Shown: piece after piece, positions 9,108 through 19,788 of the stretch
How positions within the stretch are numbered: position 1 is the stretch's first letter
Layout of the letters: every line of letters starts with the position of its first letter
NCBI GenBank assembly: GCA_965197905.1
Contig: CBDAOB010000004.1
Location: forward strand, 576,001 to 640,000
Reading direction: 5' to 3'
DNA from: Candidatus Latescibacterota bacterium
GTDB lineage: Bacteria; Latescibacterota; UBA2968; UBA8231
Length of the DNA: 64,000 bases
Translations under genes and position numbers: made by a program
The notes under the pieces: generated by a model
What the model was told of the DNA's origin: nothing
What the model saw: only the letters and a program-made list of their open reading frames with translations
Database searches by the model: none

Positions 9108-12100
9108 TCAGGCGGCAATCTTCTTCCTTTGCGCGATGTGTGATCCATTTTCGTAGCGCACATTGGCGTACACGTCAGCCATAAGATGCGGTGCACGGAG
9201 TCGGCGAAATCGTTTCTCGGCCACCATCAGTACCCGCCATATGAGGGCGGTGGCATTGGCCACCTTCTTGTAGCGCTTGGCCGCATTGGTTCGCAGCCGT
9301 ACCGAAGCGAAGGGACTTTCAACGACGTTGGTAGTGCGCAGGTGTTGCCAGTGGGCCTCGGGAAAGTCGTAGAATGCCACCATACGGTCCCAATCGCGCT
9401 CGAGGATATCTACGGCGTCTGGGCATTCGCGGTGGAATCGTTTGGCGAATTGATCGCGGCGTTTGGTCGCGTCTTGACGGGTCGGCGCGTAGGGGATCTG
9501 TGTCAGCAGTTGCCGCGCTTCGGCCTGCACGCGTTTAGGCAGCTTATCCAACACGTTCAGGAGGCGGTGATTCCAGCACCGCTGTTCCGCCGTCTCCGGC
9601 CAGACCTGCGCCAGGGCGGCCCAAATACCCAGGTGCCCATCCGCCACCAACAACTTCGCCGCGCTCAGTCCGCGGTCACGCAAATCGCGCAGCACGCTCG
9701 TCCACGACTCCTTCGATTCGCGATAGCCTGGGACAATCGTCAAGACTTCCTTGCGCCCATCGCTCATGGCGCCGATGACCACCAGGAGAGCGGCCTTTTC
9801 TTTCTCGAGCCCGGCTTTGACGTAGTAGGGTCGGACCGGAGCGCCCTGCGCCACACGCGTGATGTGGGTTTCTCCGGCCCGCCCTCCGAACCGGACGTGC
9901 GCGTTACCACGCATCCGGCTCTCCACAAGGTGCCGTGTGACCGCAGAGTCTCATCCGGTTGTCGCAGGCCAGGGAGAAGGGATCCGCGCCGATCGATAGC
10001 GGTAACGAGTCACTGCTACTTCGCCGACGTTGTAAAGAGCAATCCCGTCCTCGGTGGGCCACCATCCTGGCAGGTAGCGGCGTTTCAGCTTCCTCCAATT
10101 AAAGCGCGGGTGCTTGCGGCGCAGCCAATGCACTACGCGGCGCCAAGTGAAGCCCCGCACGTAGTTGAAAGTGGCCTTCGACACCCCGTACTGAAAGTAG
10201 TTGGCCCACCCCCGCAACACCGGATTGAGTTGGCGCAGAAGGCTCTTCAACGGCCTCTGCCGACCCGTTCTCGTGACTGCGCGCACCGTGCTCTTCAACC
10301 GGGCCAGAGATTCCTTTCTTGGCCACGTATAGATGCGTGCGCCAACCGGGCCCGGTTTCCGTCGCTTCTGAATGCGAAAACCCAGGAAATCGAAGCCACG
10401 GCTGATGTGCGTGATGGCGGTCTTCGTCTCCGACAGGTGCAGACCCATGGGGGTGAGAGTCACCCCCGCTTGGTCGCGCAGGTCATACGCTGCAGCTTCG
10501 GTGCCCGCCACCAGCAGCACGAAATCGTCAGCGTAACGGACAAGCCGACAAGTCGGTAGCCCCTTTCGCCGATGCGCTTGTCGCGCACTGGAGGTAGCGC
10601 CCACCTTTCTCCAGACCTCAGTGAAATAATCGTCGAGGACGGATAAGGCGATATTTGCCACCAGCGGTGAGAGAATACCGCCTTGCGGAGTGCCCGAAGT
10701 GCTTTCTTGCAACACCGATTGTTCCGTGAGGACACCGGCCTTGCAGAACGCTTTTACAAGCCTCAGAACATGCTTATCACCGATACGTCGACGCACGCGG
10801 TCCAAGAGGGCTGCGTGATCAATCTCATCGAAACAAGCACGGATATCGCCCTCCACCACCCACTCATAAGAGCGGGAGCAGAATTGATGAATCTCGGCGA
10901 TGGCGTCCTGAGCCCGCCGATTCGGGCGGAAGCCGTAGGAGCACGGCTTGAAGTCCGCTTCGAAGATCGGTTCGAGCACCAGCTTGAGTGCGGCTTGGAC
11001 CACTCGGTCCCGAGCGGTTGGGATGCCGAGCCGGCGCTTCTTCGTTGTGCCAGGTTTCGGAATCAACCGCTCGCGTACGGGCAGAGGCCGGAAACTGCGG
11101 GTCTTCAGATCAACCCGCACCTCGGCGAGAAAGGCCTCCTCGCCGCGTTCCGTCTCCACAGAGTAGGCCGTTTGTCCGTCCACTCCGGCCGAACGAGCAC
11201 CCTTGTTGCTGCGCACCCGACGCCAGGCTACACTCAAAAACGCCGGGTCACACACCAGGTTGAACAGGTCGTCGAAGCACTTGCTTCGATCCTCTACAGC
11301 CCAACGGTGCAGTTTGGTCTGGATTTCCAGTACTCGATTACGGGCTTGTTCTGCCTCGGGCCACGAAGCGCTGGCATTCACCGGCGTCCTCCTGTTTTTC
11401 CAGTACCCCACTGCGCAACTTGCTGCCTCCCTTCGCCATGTAAGCGGCTTTCCCGCTCGCGGACTACTACAGAGGCTCCGTCCCTTGCCAAGCCCCACAG
11501 CGGACAGCGCGCTGCCCCGATAACGGTCGGACTCGGCTCGGTTCCCACGTTCACCATGAACCGTTTGACGGGGGAGGTGCCCAGCTTTTCCCCTGCAACT
11601 TCGCCTTGGGTACGCCGCAGGCATTCTCCAAGGCCTCTGCTTCGGTGGGTATCACACCTCCCCAGAGTCGCAGTCGGTCATATATCCGACCACGTGCGTT
11701 GCGTACCAACCCTTATCCACCAGGTTTGGGTTGGCGGGCCGCTAAAGGGGGTTCCATCACTGGTTCACTTCGGGTTACACCATTCCGTCTTGCTTGCCAG
11801 ACGTGGAGTGTCTGGAGGTGCCACTCCACTCTGTCGTTGTCGAGGCTGCTTCCACCTTCCCCTGCGCTCCCAGGGTCAGGCTGCCTCCAGCTTCAACGGG
11901 CTGCTGCGACAGCCCGTTGGTGGGTCCTTGCATCCCACCCGGTTCTCTGGCGCCTCGTGGCGCACGATCCCGTCGGCCCAGGCGTACACCAGCTCGCACT
12001 CATCCAGCCGTCGGCTGCGCCAGGCGTGGTATTCGACGATCCACTTATCCCGCAAACGCGCGATTGAGGACGGCGACAGCGGCGCTCCCGCTCCCAGCAG

Positions 12101-12487
12101 GCCGCGCAGCGCCAGCTCGAAGTCACCTTGAGACAGACCGTGCAGATACAGTTCCGGCAACAGCTGACCCACCTCCTTCGTACGCCGCGCAAACAGCGGC
12201 AGAATGGCGCTCTCGAAGCGCTCTTCCAGACCTCGCACGCGTGGACGTTTTACCTCGATCGTGCCCGAGGTACAGGACAGTCGCCGCCGCTTCCCGTAGC
12301 CATTTCGATAGCCGCCGGGTGCGTCCAACGGGGCCTGACGCTGGTAGCGCGACCGCCCCAGCACCTGCGTCACTTCTTCATCCAAAACCGACTGCATCAA
12401 AGACTGAATCTGCGACCGCGTCCACGCTTCCAACGTTTCGAACGTGGGCATGGACATTTCCGCGGTGCTCAGCTTAGGTTGTGGCAT
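9108..12487 (-). CDS. IS256-family transposase in two exons (12487-11966 and 9824-9108; 412 aa after splicing)
   Basis: YRNGY, LYLHGLS, WADGI|YVKA, LLVADG, QRCWNH and RTTNVVES motifs; GAGGAG RBS before ATG 12487. Confidence 0.92.
9825..11965 (-). mobile_element. Group II intron with RT/maturase ORF, inserted in the IS256 transposase
   Basis: 5' GTGCG at 11965; domain V GAGCCGGATGCGTGGTAACGCGCACGTCCGGTTC at ~9888-9921; 3' end CGACCCTAC at 9825; removal restores the transposase frame. Confidence 0.95.
9951..11381 (-). CDS. ltrA: Group II intron reverse transcriptase/maturase (no recognisable HNH domain)
   Basis: RRLGIPTARDRVVQ, SYGFRP, GTPQGGILSP, RYADD, FDFLGF and LRGWANYF motifs; GTG start at 11381 with AGGAGG RBS. 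Confidence 0.93.
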   Translation of the reverse strand: MNASASWPEAEQARNRVLEIQTKLHRWAVEDRSKCFDDLFNLVCDPAFLSVAWRRVRSNKGARSAGVDGQTAYSVETERGEEAFLAEVRVDLKTRSFRPLPVRERLIPKPGTTKKRRLGIPTARDRVVQAALKLVLEPIFEADFKPCSYGFRPNRRAQDAIAEIHQFCSRSYEWVVEGDIRACFDEIDHAALLDRVRRRIGDKHVLRLVKAFCKAGVLTEQSVLQESTSGTPQGGILSPLVANIALSVLDDYFTEVWRKVGATSSARQAHRRKGLPTCRLVRYADDFVLLVAGTEAAAYDLRDQAGVTLTPMGLHLSETKTAITHISRGFDFLGFRIQKRRKPGPVGARIYTWPRKESLARLKSTVRAVTRTGRQRPLKSLLRQLNPVLRGWANYFQYGVSKATFNYVRGFTWRRVVHWLRRKHPRFNWRKLKRRYLPGWWPTEDGIALYNVGEVAVTRYRYRSARIPSPWPATTG

Positions 12488-13089
12488 GGCGATTCTCCTC
12501 TTCCTGCCGGGACAGCCCCGGCGCGTGTAATGTCTAATTACAAAGGAAGGGTAGGATCGCCTTCTGTGTATTTCCACACCTTTTGATTATAGCTCCCGAA
12601 AGCGGAGGCCTCCAAAGGCAGCGAATCCCCACTCTGACTGAGTCGCAGATTCTGGGGTGTAATCAGATCCTGGCTGATCGGGCCCGTAAACACCACCTGC
12701 ACCCGCTGTCGACCAGACGTTATGGTTGCTTCATCTCCCGGAACGGTGCGGGTGATATCCGGAATGCGTGTGCTGAACTCCCAGGCGAAATCCCCCACGT
12801 CCTGCTGCAGAGGTCCGCCGGCGACGGACGCGATCTGCAAGCGGTAGTTCGTCCCTGCCCGCAGCCCTCCTACGGGGGCGAGCGTCACGGTGTTGGTGTT
12901 GGAATTGTAAGCGGGTCCACCCCCCACGAGGTCGACGGCAATACCCTGCTGCAACATTGAGACGTTGCCCGTCAGAAGTAGGGCAGTTTCATCCAGGGGG
13001 CTGTCGAATACCGCGGTGACCGACATTGAAAGATCTGCGATCGAGGTGTCGCCAGACGCAGGAGCAACACTCGCCAGGGCTGGCACGTC

Positions 13090-14650
13090 TGTCTGGAACT
13101 GCCAGGACACCGGGATGTCGGGACCAAGAGGCCCACTGACTCCAGGGGCGATCTGAATGTTATAGCGACTACCTACCTGCCAACCGCTCGCCGGTGCGAG
13201 TCCGTAGCGCCCCGCTCCCCGGTCTACCGGATCGCCGGACCGCAGCGGCAAATTCACGCCTTCACGCGCGATTATGAAGTTTTCGGCGACCACCTGATCC
13301 GCATCGATCGGCACCGTGAACTGGACCGTAGCTTCGACCTGGCTGACCGCGACGTCGACGGCGTTCGAGTCAGGCTCCACATCGACCACTCGCGGTATGG
13401 CGGTATCGAAACGCCAGGAGATGGACTGACCGAGACCCAGGGGCCCACTCACTCCGGGAGCGATACGTACGCGGTAGGCGCTGCCCGCGTTCCAGCCAGC
13501 TTCGGGCGCAAAAGCGTAGCGAGCGTCCCCCCGATCTACCGGATCTCCGGACCGCAACGGCAGATTCACCCCGTCGCGTGCGATGGTGAAGTTTTCGGCG
13601 ACCACCTGATCCGCATCGATCGGCACCGTGAACTGGACCGTAGCTTCAATCTGGCTGACCGGGACGTCGACAGCGTTCGAATCGGGTTCCACATCGACCA
13701 CTCGCGGTATGGCGGTATCGAAACGCCAGGAGATGGGCTGACCGAGACCCAGGGGCCCACTCACCCCGGGAGCGATGCGCACGCGGTAGGCACTACCCGC
13801 GTTCCAGCCAGCTTCGGGCGCAAAAGCGTAGCGACCGTCCCCCCGGTCTACCGGATCTCCGGACCGTAGCGGCAGGTTCACCCCGTCGCGTGCGATGGTG
13901 AAGTTTTCGGCGACCACCTGATCCGCATCGATCGGCACCGTGAACTGGACCGTAGCTTCAATCTGGCTGACCGGGACGTCGACAGCGTTTGAATCGGGTT
14001 CCACATCGACCACTCGCGGTATGGCGGTATCGAAACGCCAGGAGATGGGCTGACCGAGACCCAGGGGCCCACTCACCCCGGGAGCGATGCGCACGCGGTA
14101 GGCGCTGCCTGCGTTCCAGCCAGCTTCAGGCGCAAAAGCGTAGCGAGCGTCCCCCCGATCTACAGGATCACCGGGCCGCAACGGCAGGTTCACCCCGTCG
14201 CGCGAGATAGTGAAGTTTTCGGCGACCACCTGATCCGCATCGATCGGCACCGTGAACTGGACCGTAGCTTCGACCTGGCTGACCGAGACATCGACGGCGT
14301 TCGAGTCGGGCTCCACATCGACCACTCGAGGTATCGCGGTCTCGAAACGCCAGGAGATGGGCTGGTCTTGTCCCAGGGGCCCACTCACCCCGGGAGCTAT
14401 GCGCACGCGGTAGGCGCTACCCGCGTTCCATCCAGCTTCGGGCGCGAGCCCGTAACGACCGTCCCCCCGGTCTACCGGATCACCGGGACGCAGGGTTAGG
14501 AGCTCGGCGCCGCGCAAGAGTTGGAAGTTGTCCGCTGTCAGCTTGTCTGCATCGATCGGAACGCTGAACAGGACGGATGCCTCGTCCAGATCAACGGTGA
14601 TTCCCTGGGCATCCGCCTCGGGAGTGAGCGAAACCACTCGCGGAACGGCC
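13090..14650 (-). repeat. Five tandem 312-bp (104-aa) Ig-like domain repeats, four of them near-identical
   Basis: PRVVDVEPDSNAVDV...GVSGPLG..ISWRFDTAI recurs; shadow ORFs at 13566, 13878 and 14190 are exactly 312 bp apart. Confidence 0.9.
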
Positions 14651-17541
14651 GTGCTGAAGCGCAGCGCGTACGGACCATCTCTTTGCGGTCCTCCGATGGC
14701 GCGGGGCAGGCGCACTGTATAGCTGCTTCCAGCGCGCAATCCCCCCTGCGCCTCGATCCGAACCGTCTGGGTTTCGGGGTTGTATTCTAGGGTTTGGATA
14801 GCACGTTGCTCGCCACCTTCCAGAACGGCCACAGCGTCCGCGGTCAACGCGCTGCCGTCGACCGGATTGTCGAACTGAAGAACCAAGGCCGTCGTCGAGG
14901 CCAGCACGGTCGTGTCCCCTTCGGCCGGCACCGATCCGGACAGATTTGGAACGGGTGTCTGGAAGCTCCAGCTGTAGTCGCCCTCCCCCAGTCTCAGGGT
15001 CCCGCCGAGAAGACTCGCCAGCACAACCTGGTAACGCGTTCCGGGTTTCAGACCGTCGACTAGGGCGAAACTGAGGGTATTGTTCTCCGCGCTGAAGACC
15101 GGCGTCTCCAATAATGGCTGCGCTTCGTCCTCGGCCAGGACCTGAACGGCATTCGGATCGGCCGCCAGAAGCCCGGTCAGGATGGGTGTATCGAACGTGG
15201 CCGTCAGCCGGCCGTCCTCCAGGGAGGTTCCAATCTCGTTGTCGGGCGGCACCGTAGACAACAACGCTGGAACGCGGGTGCTGAAGCGTACAATGCTGGC
15301 ATTGTCTGGACGATTCCCCACCAGATCAGCGATGGCCGCCGAAACCTCGACCTCATAGGTCGAACCCGGGAGCAATCCCCCTTCCGGCAGCAGAGTTACC
15401 CTGCGCGCATCCGCATCGTAGGAAGGATCTGTCAGTTGTGCTAGGGGGGAAACCCCCAGGCGGATGACAAAATTGTCGGCCGTGACCCCAAGGGGATCGA
15501 TCGGTTCCGAAAAGGTGAGAGTGACCTGGCTTGTGGTTGCTGGGATCTCGCTGGCTCCATCCGAGGGCTCGCTCGCTATTAATCGCGGCGTCTCCGTGTC
15601 TACCAGGAAAACATCGGTCGAGTCGAACCGGGCCAATGCGTTGAGTCGTCGATCTCGCGCGCCGCTCACCGAAAGTGTCGCGTTTCCTGAAGGATGCGCG
15701 CTGGTGATCGTAAGCTCGCCCGTCCAGGTGTCTGCAGTGAACTGCAACTGCTGGAAAGCGATCACGCTATCTCCGATTGAAGCCGTCACCGCGGGCGGAC
15801 TCGTGGGGTCGAGGCCCGAATGTTCATCTAGAATCTGCAGCGCCAGGGTGAGGGTCTGTCCAATGCCTACCTGGTTCTTACTCAGGTTTACCCCAGCAAT
15901 AGTTGGCGCGATGGTATCGACGATAAAGCTGGCCGGATCGCTCCAGTCGGACCGGGCCCAACCGTCATCCACCGCCTGCACGGACCAGTAGTAGGTTCCG
16001 CTGGGCAACCCGTTCAAGTCCTGGAAGAGATTGTTTCCGGCGGATCCCGGACCGACCGCCTGGTTGCCCGAGAGAACATTGTCGGCGCCGCGGGAGGTTC
16101 CCACACGGACATTGTAGGTGAGGCTCTGTGGCGTCGAGTCGTTGTCGTCCAGTCCCAGCTCCCAGGTCAGACGGACGGTGCTTGCAGAATCGACGGCACC
16201 CACGACTATGGGTACCCGGGGATTGGTGTTGCGATTGAACTGCGATTCCAGGTTGTCGTTGATCGTCGTGCTGGGCGAGAACCCCGCGTCGCGACCGGCG
16301 GAAAAGAGATCCAGATCTCCGTCGCCATCGTGGTCGACCGGTGCGAGCGAGCTGAAATCGACCCCTGTGAGGACAAGGATGTTCTCGATCTCAAATCCTG
16401 AGTCGGTATTTTCGTAGATCTGCAGGAAGGGGGCCTCGCCATTGTTGCCCGCCAACACGAGATCCAGGTCCTGATCGTTGTCGTAATCTCCCCAGACAAT
16501 GTCGCCTCCCCGCATTCCGGTAAGTTGAACACCGTCCAGGAGTGTAAAATCTCCATTGCCGTCGTTGGTGTAGATCTCCGTGGTGACACCGGTCTCGGCA
16601 ATGCCGCCGACAGCGAGGTCCATGTCGCCGTCCCCATCCACATCTCCCCACGCCAGGTCGCTGGACTCCAACGCTGTCAGGGTTTGTTCGACGTTGATCA
16701 ATGACCCGGACTCGTTGCGCGCGAGAATGAAGCGACGGGCGCCGCTGACAGCACTGCCATTTGCGGCCACGTCGAGGTCACCGTCTCCATCCATATCCGC
16801 GAAGGCTACTTCGCCGTTGTTGAGGCCCTCCAAACCAAAGTCGCCGTCTTCGAAATCTCCGAGACCGTCGTTGATCAGTACGCGGGTGTAGGATTGTATC
16901 ACCCCGTCGATGACATCGTCACTCTGCCCCAACACGGCGAGATCCAGATCGCCATCATTGTCCACATCCCCCCAATCCGCCGAGCTTGATGACAGATTTT
17001 GTAGCTCGGAGCCGAGGCTGAGGTTCCATTGGCCGCCGTCCGAATCCGCCAGGTAGAGCGCGCCGCCCCGATTCTCAAAGCTATCCTCGCCTAACACGAC
17101 CAGATCGAGGTCACCATCGTTGTCCGCGTCCCCCCATGCGGCGTCGCCGTTTTGCAGCGGTTGTATATTGGCGTCGTTTGTGATGGAGAGGCCTGAAGTA
17201 GCATTCTCATAGACCAGTGACTGGGCTTCGCCGCTTCGATTTTGACCGGTGATGGCTAAATCCACATCGCCGTCGTTGTCGTAGTCTCCCCAGTCCATTG
17301 CACTCGATTGCAGGGACCGGAGGATTTGATTGGAAGAGACGAACTGCTGGACGTTTAGAATATCCTCCTGCGACCATTCCGAGCGTGCGAGCCCGCCGTC
17401 TATCGTCTGAACGGACCAGAAGTAGGTGTCCCCTGCGCCAGGGGGCGCTGTAGAACCTTGGTGGTCTTGAATCCGGCATTTCCGATTTCCAGCGGAATTT
17501 CGCCCGATACGATGTCGTTGCCGCCGGAAACGGTCCCGATG

Positions 17542-18290
17542 GTAGGGTCGAGAACTGGCGCGCCAGCCTTAGGGTTCGGTGGGTTCCCCATGGCTTTCGC
17601 CATAGCCCTCAGTCCGACTCCCATCGCTACGTTTCCAGTTCCCGCCGCCTCAAACCGGACGTGCGGATCTCCCGCATCCGGCTTCCCGACGAACGTCACA
17701 TCCAGGCACACGCCACAAGGACTTCACCTGGTAGTCAAGCTGCTTCCGATGCATACTAGTCTTACTGCTGGAGGCAATAGGCTCACGCCACTCTCCAACC
17801 CTCTGCACTTCCGCAGCATGTCCGAAGTCAGGCCCCTTCCCTCCACCGGAGTTACCCGGCTTCCTCGGTACTACGCGCCTGTCCGCCACCTCATCCAGCC
17901 CAGTCTGGCCCTCGCGGGTTACCGGTTGGAGGCACTCGCTGCTTCCACCGGATGAGGCTTCCCGTGTTGCGCCACATCTCCTCTTACACACATGCTGTCG
18001 CCACTACCCCGGCGGAACAGCTGGGTGCGCTTGTCGCTCGACTTCCCCAGCTGCAGCGGCCTTCCCTGGTTTACGGGCAGGTCGGCTTCCGCATTACACT
18101 TTTCGAGGCCTGCTCAGCGTTTACTCACGTTACGGCCTGTGTGCTCGCCAAGTCGCCCAAGGCGACCCTCTACACCGGAGGCTTCAGCGGCTTCGTCGCC
18201 TCCACCACTGCTCCGATTGCTACCGGCTGGAGCGACCCTTGCCGGGTGGGATTCGCACCCACTGAAGATGTGCGCCTTAGCACGGCGCAC
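17542..18290 (-). mobile_element. ORF-less group II intron (749 nt) in the giant surface-protein gene
   Basis: 5' GTGCG at 18290; domain V AAGCCGGATGCGGGAGATCCGCACGTCCGGTTT at ~17652-17684; 3' end CTCGACCCTAC at 17542; splicing joins CG|C (Arg) in frame. Confidence 0.92.
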
Positions 18291-19738
18291 CGCAAATTGT
18301 ATGTTAGTGTTGAACTCTCGGCGTCATTTCCGGGACCCCAGCTGAACAGCACGCTCTCGCTGGTAACCCTGGCGGAATTTAGCCGTTGCGGTGGCGACGG
18401 CGCCCCGTTGGTGACCGTAGTACCCACGTTCGAGTAGAGCGTGCTGAAGCGCTGACCGTCAGCGTCAACGCCGGCCAGGAGCAAATCTGCCTTGCCGTCC
18501 GCATCGTAATCAGACCAGGCGGTCGCGCCTCCGGCTAGACCCGAAAGATTGGTTTCATCCGACGCACCGGTTACCTGGCCTTCATCGTTGCGAAACACGA
18601 ACGCCTGATACACGGACAGGATTGAGAGGCCCGACGCCGCCAGATCCAGATCACCGTCATTGTCGTAATCGATCCACGCGAGACGCCCAGCAACGCGCCG
18701 AGTGGTTGGCAGCGAAAACGACTCGTCGAGGTTGAATACGCCCGTGGGCCGGTTTCGATAGATCTGGAAAACGGCGTTCCAAGAATTGTCCCGACCCGAT
18801 ATAGCAAGATCGGAGTTTCCGTCGCCGTCATAGTCTCCCCATGCAACCGAGCCACCTTTGACGGGGGTCGAAACGTTTACAGTCGCATCGAGCGTTAGAG
18901 ACCCCACCGGTTCATTCTTGTAAAATTCGGTGACGGAACCAAGGCCACCCGAGGTTGTGACGTTGTTGCCCGATAAAATCAAGTCCAGATCACCATCGTT
19001 GTCGTAATCCCCCCAATCGGCATCGCCATTGTGGACGCTGACCAGATTCTCAGAGTTCACCTGGTCTTGTTCGAGAAGGCCACTGGTATTGGTATAAAGG
19101 CGGGTCAGGGACGTTCCGTTTTCTTCCATCCCCAGCACCAGCAAATCGAGATCGCCATCGTTGTCCGCATCTCCCCACTCAATGGTCGCGTAACGAACTC
19201 CGCGGAGGGTAGGGCTCCCAGTCTCGTCTATCTGTGTTCGATCGACACTCAAGATTCGCTCGCCGGGACCAGACGCTCCGTCTTCGTTCACATAAAGGCG
19301 CAGACTCTCCTCGTTTTGGACGTCCCAGCCCGCGACAGCCAGATCCCGGTCGCCGTCGTTGTCGTAGTCTCCCCACGCCACGTCACCATGATATACACCG
19401 ACCAGCTGAACCTGTGCCAAATCTTGAAAGAGGAGTGACTCGTCGTTGCGGTAGATTCTGGCGATGCGTGCGCATGCACCATTTTCGTCCACGATCTCGC
19501 CGACGATGGCCAGATCCGGATCGCCGTCGTTGTCGTAGTCCGACCATGAAGCCTGCCCGGCCCAAACGCCCGGAAGCGATTGCGGGGTGGACTCGAGGCT
19601 TTGAGAACCGATCGGGACTGCGTAAGCGAGCAACCCGATCAGTAGCGAGCGCAGCAAGATGGACATGGAGTTACTGTTGTGTGTAAAGTTTCGCGCCGAA
19701 TTGGCGAAAAGCAGGGAAGCTTTTCCGTTGCCGTCCCA

Positions 19739-19767
19739 AGTATAGCTAGGGCGGAATGATAAGCCAA
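19739..19767 (-). promoter_or_regulatory. Putative sigma70 promoter of the giant surface-protein gene
   Basis: TTGGCT-17 nt-TATACT, about 70 nt upstream of ATG 19666. Confidence 0.45.
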
Positions 19768-19788
19768 GAATCATTTCCAGGGGCTGAA

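Larger units (their letters stand above)
9079..12595 (-). mobile_element. IS256-family insertion sequence (1376 bp without the nested intron)
   Basis: Imperfect TIRs GAGCTTGGGTCAAATGGTGTGTAAA / GAGCTATAATCAAAAGGTGTGGAAA (19/25); 8-bp direct repeat CCGAAAGC at 9071-9078 and 12596-12603. Confidence 0.93.
7882..19666 (-). pseudogene. Interrupted giant secreted surface protein (~2,500 aa): two FG-GAP propellers with Fn3-like linkers, many bacterial Ig-like (Big_5-type) repeats, C-terminal FlgD-Ig sorting-type domain
   Basis: Segments 19666-18291, 17541-12596 and 9070-7882 total 7511 nt; one base missing near 17430 gives 2504 codons. Junctions read LTYNLR|IGTVSGG and ASAFG|YDATTFTVLFPE. C-terminus VRVYNASGRLERVIV..WDGRDEDRNTVSSGLYIV. 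Confidence 0.85.

Noticed and set aside
9108..9926. ORF starting MESRMRGNAHVRFGGR as a stand-alone gene
   Set aside because: Its N-terminus is translated intron domain V/VI; the rest is exon 2 of the transposase.
9186..12131. Long plus-strand ORFs 9186-10559 and 10683-12131
   Set aside because: Antisense shadows of the transposase and RT in GC-rich DNA, with no recognisable motifs.
9951..14650. RT next to near-identical repeats, as a possible diversity-generating retroelement or retron
   Set aside because: The RT has YADD and a maturase X domain and lies inside clear group II intron boundaries. The repeats are in-frame Ig domains with no evident adenine-specific TR/VR pattern.
13090..14650. 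Repeat array as CRISPR
   Set aside because: Units are 312-bp coding repeats with no unique spacers, and no cas genes are present.
17400..18437. Short ORFs within the ORF-less intron
   Set aside because: They are translations of ribozyme sequence (e.g. GKPDAGDPHVRF is domain V) and have no RT motifs.
19667..19788. RfaH ops element (GGCGGTAG) in the giant-gene leader
   Set aside because: No exact match seen by eye; only a loose GGGACGGCAAC.
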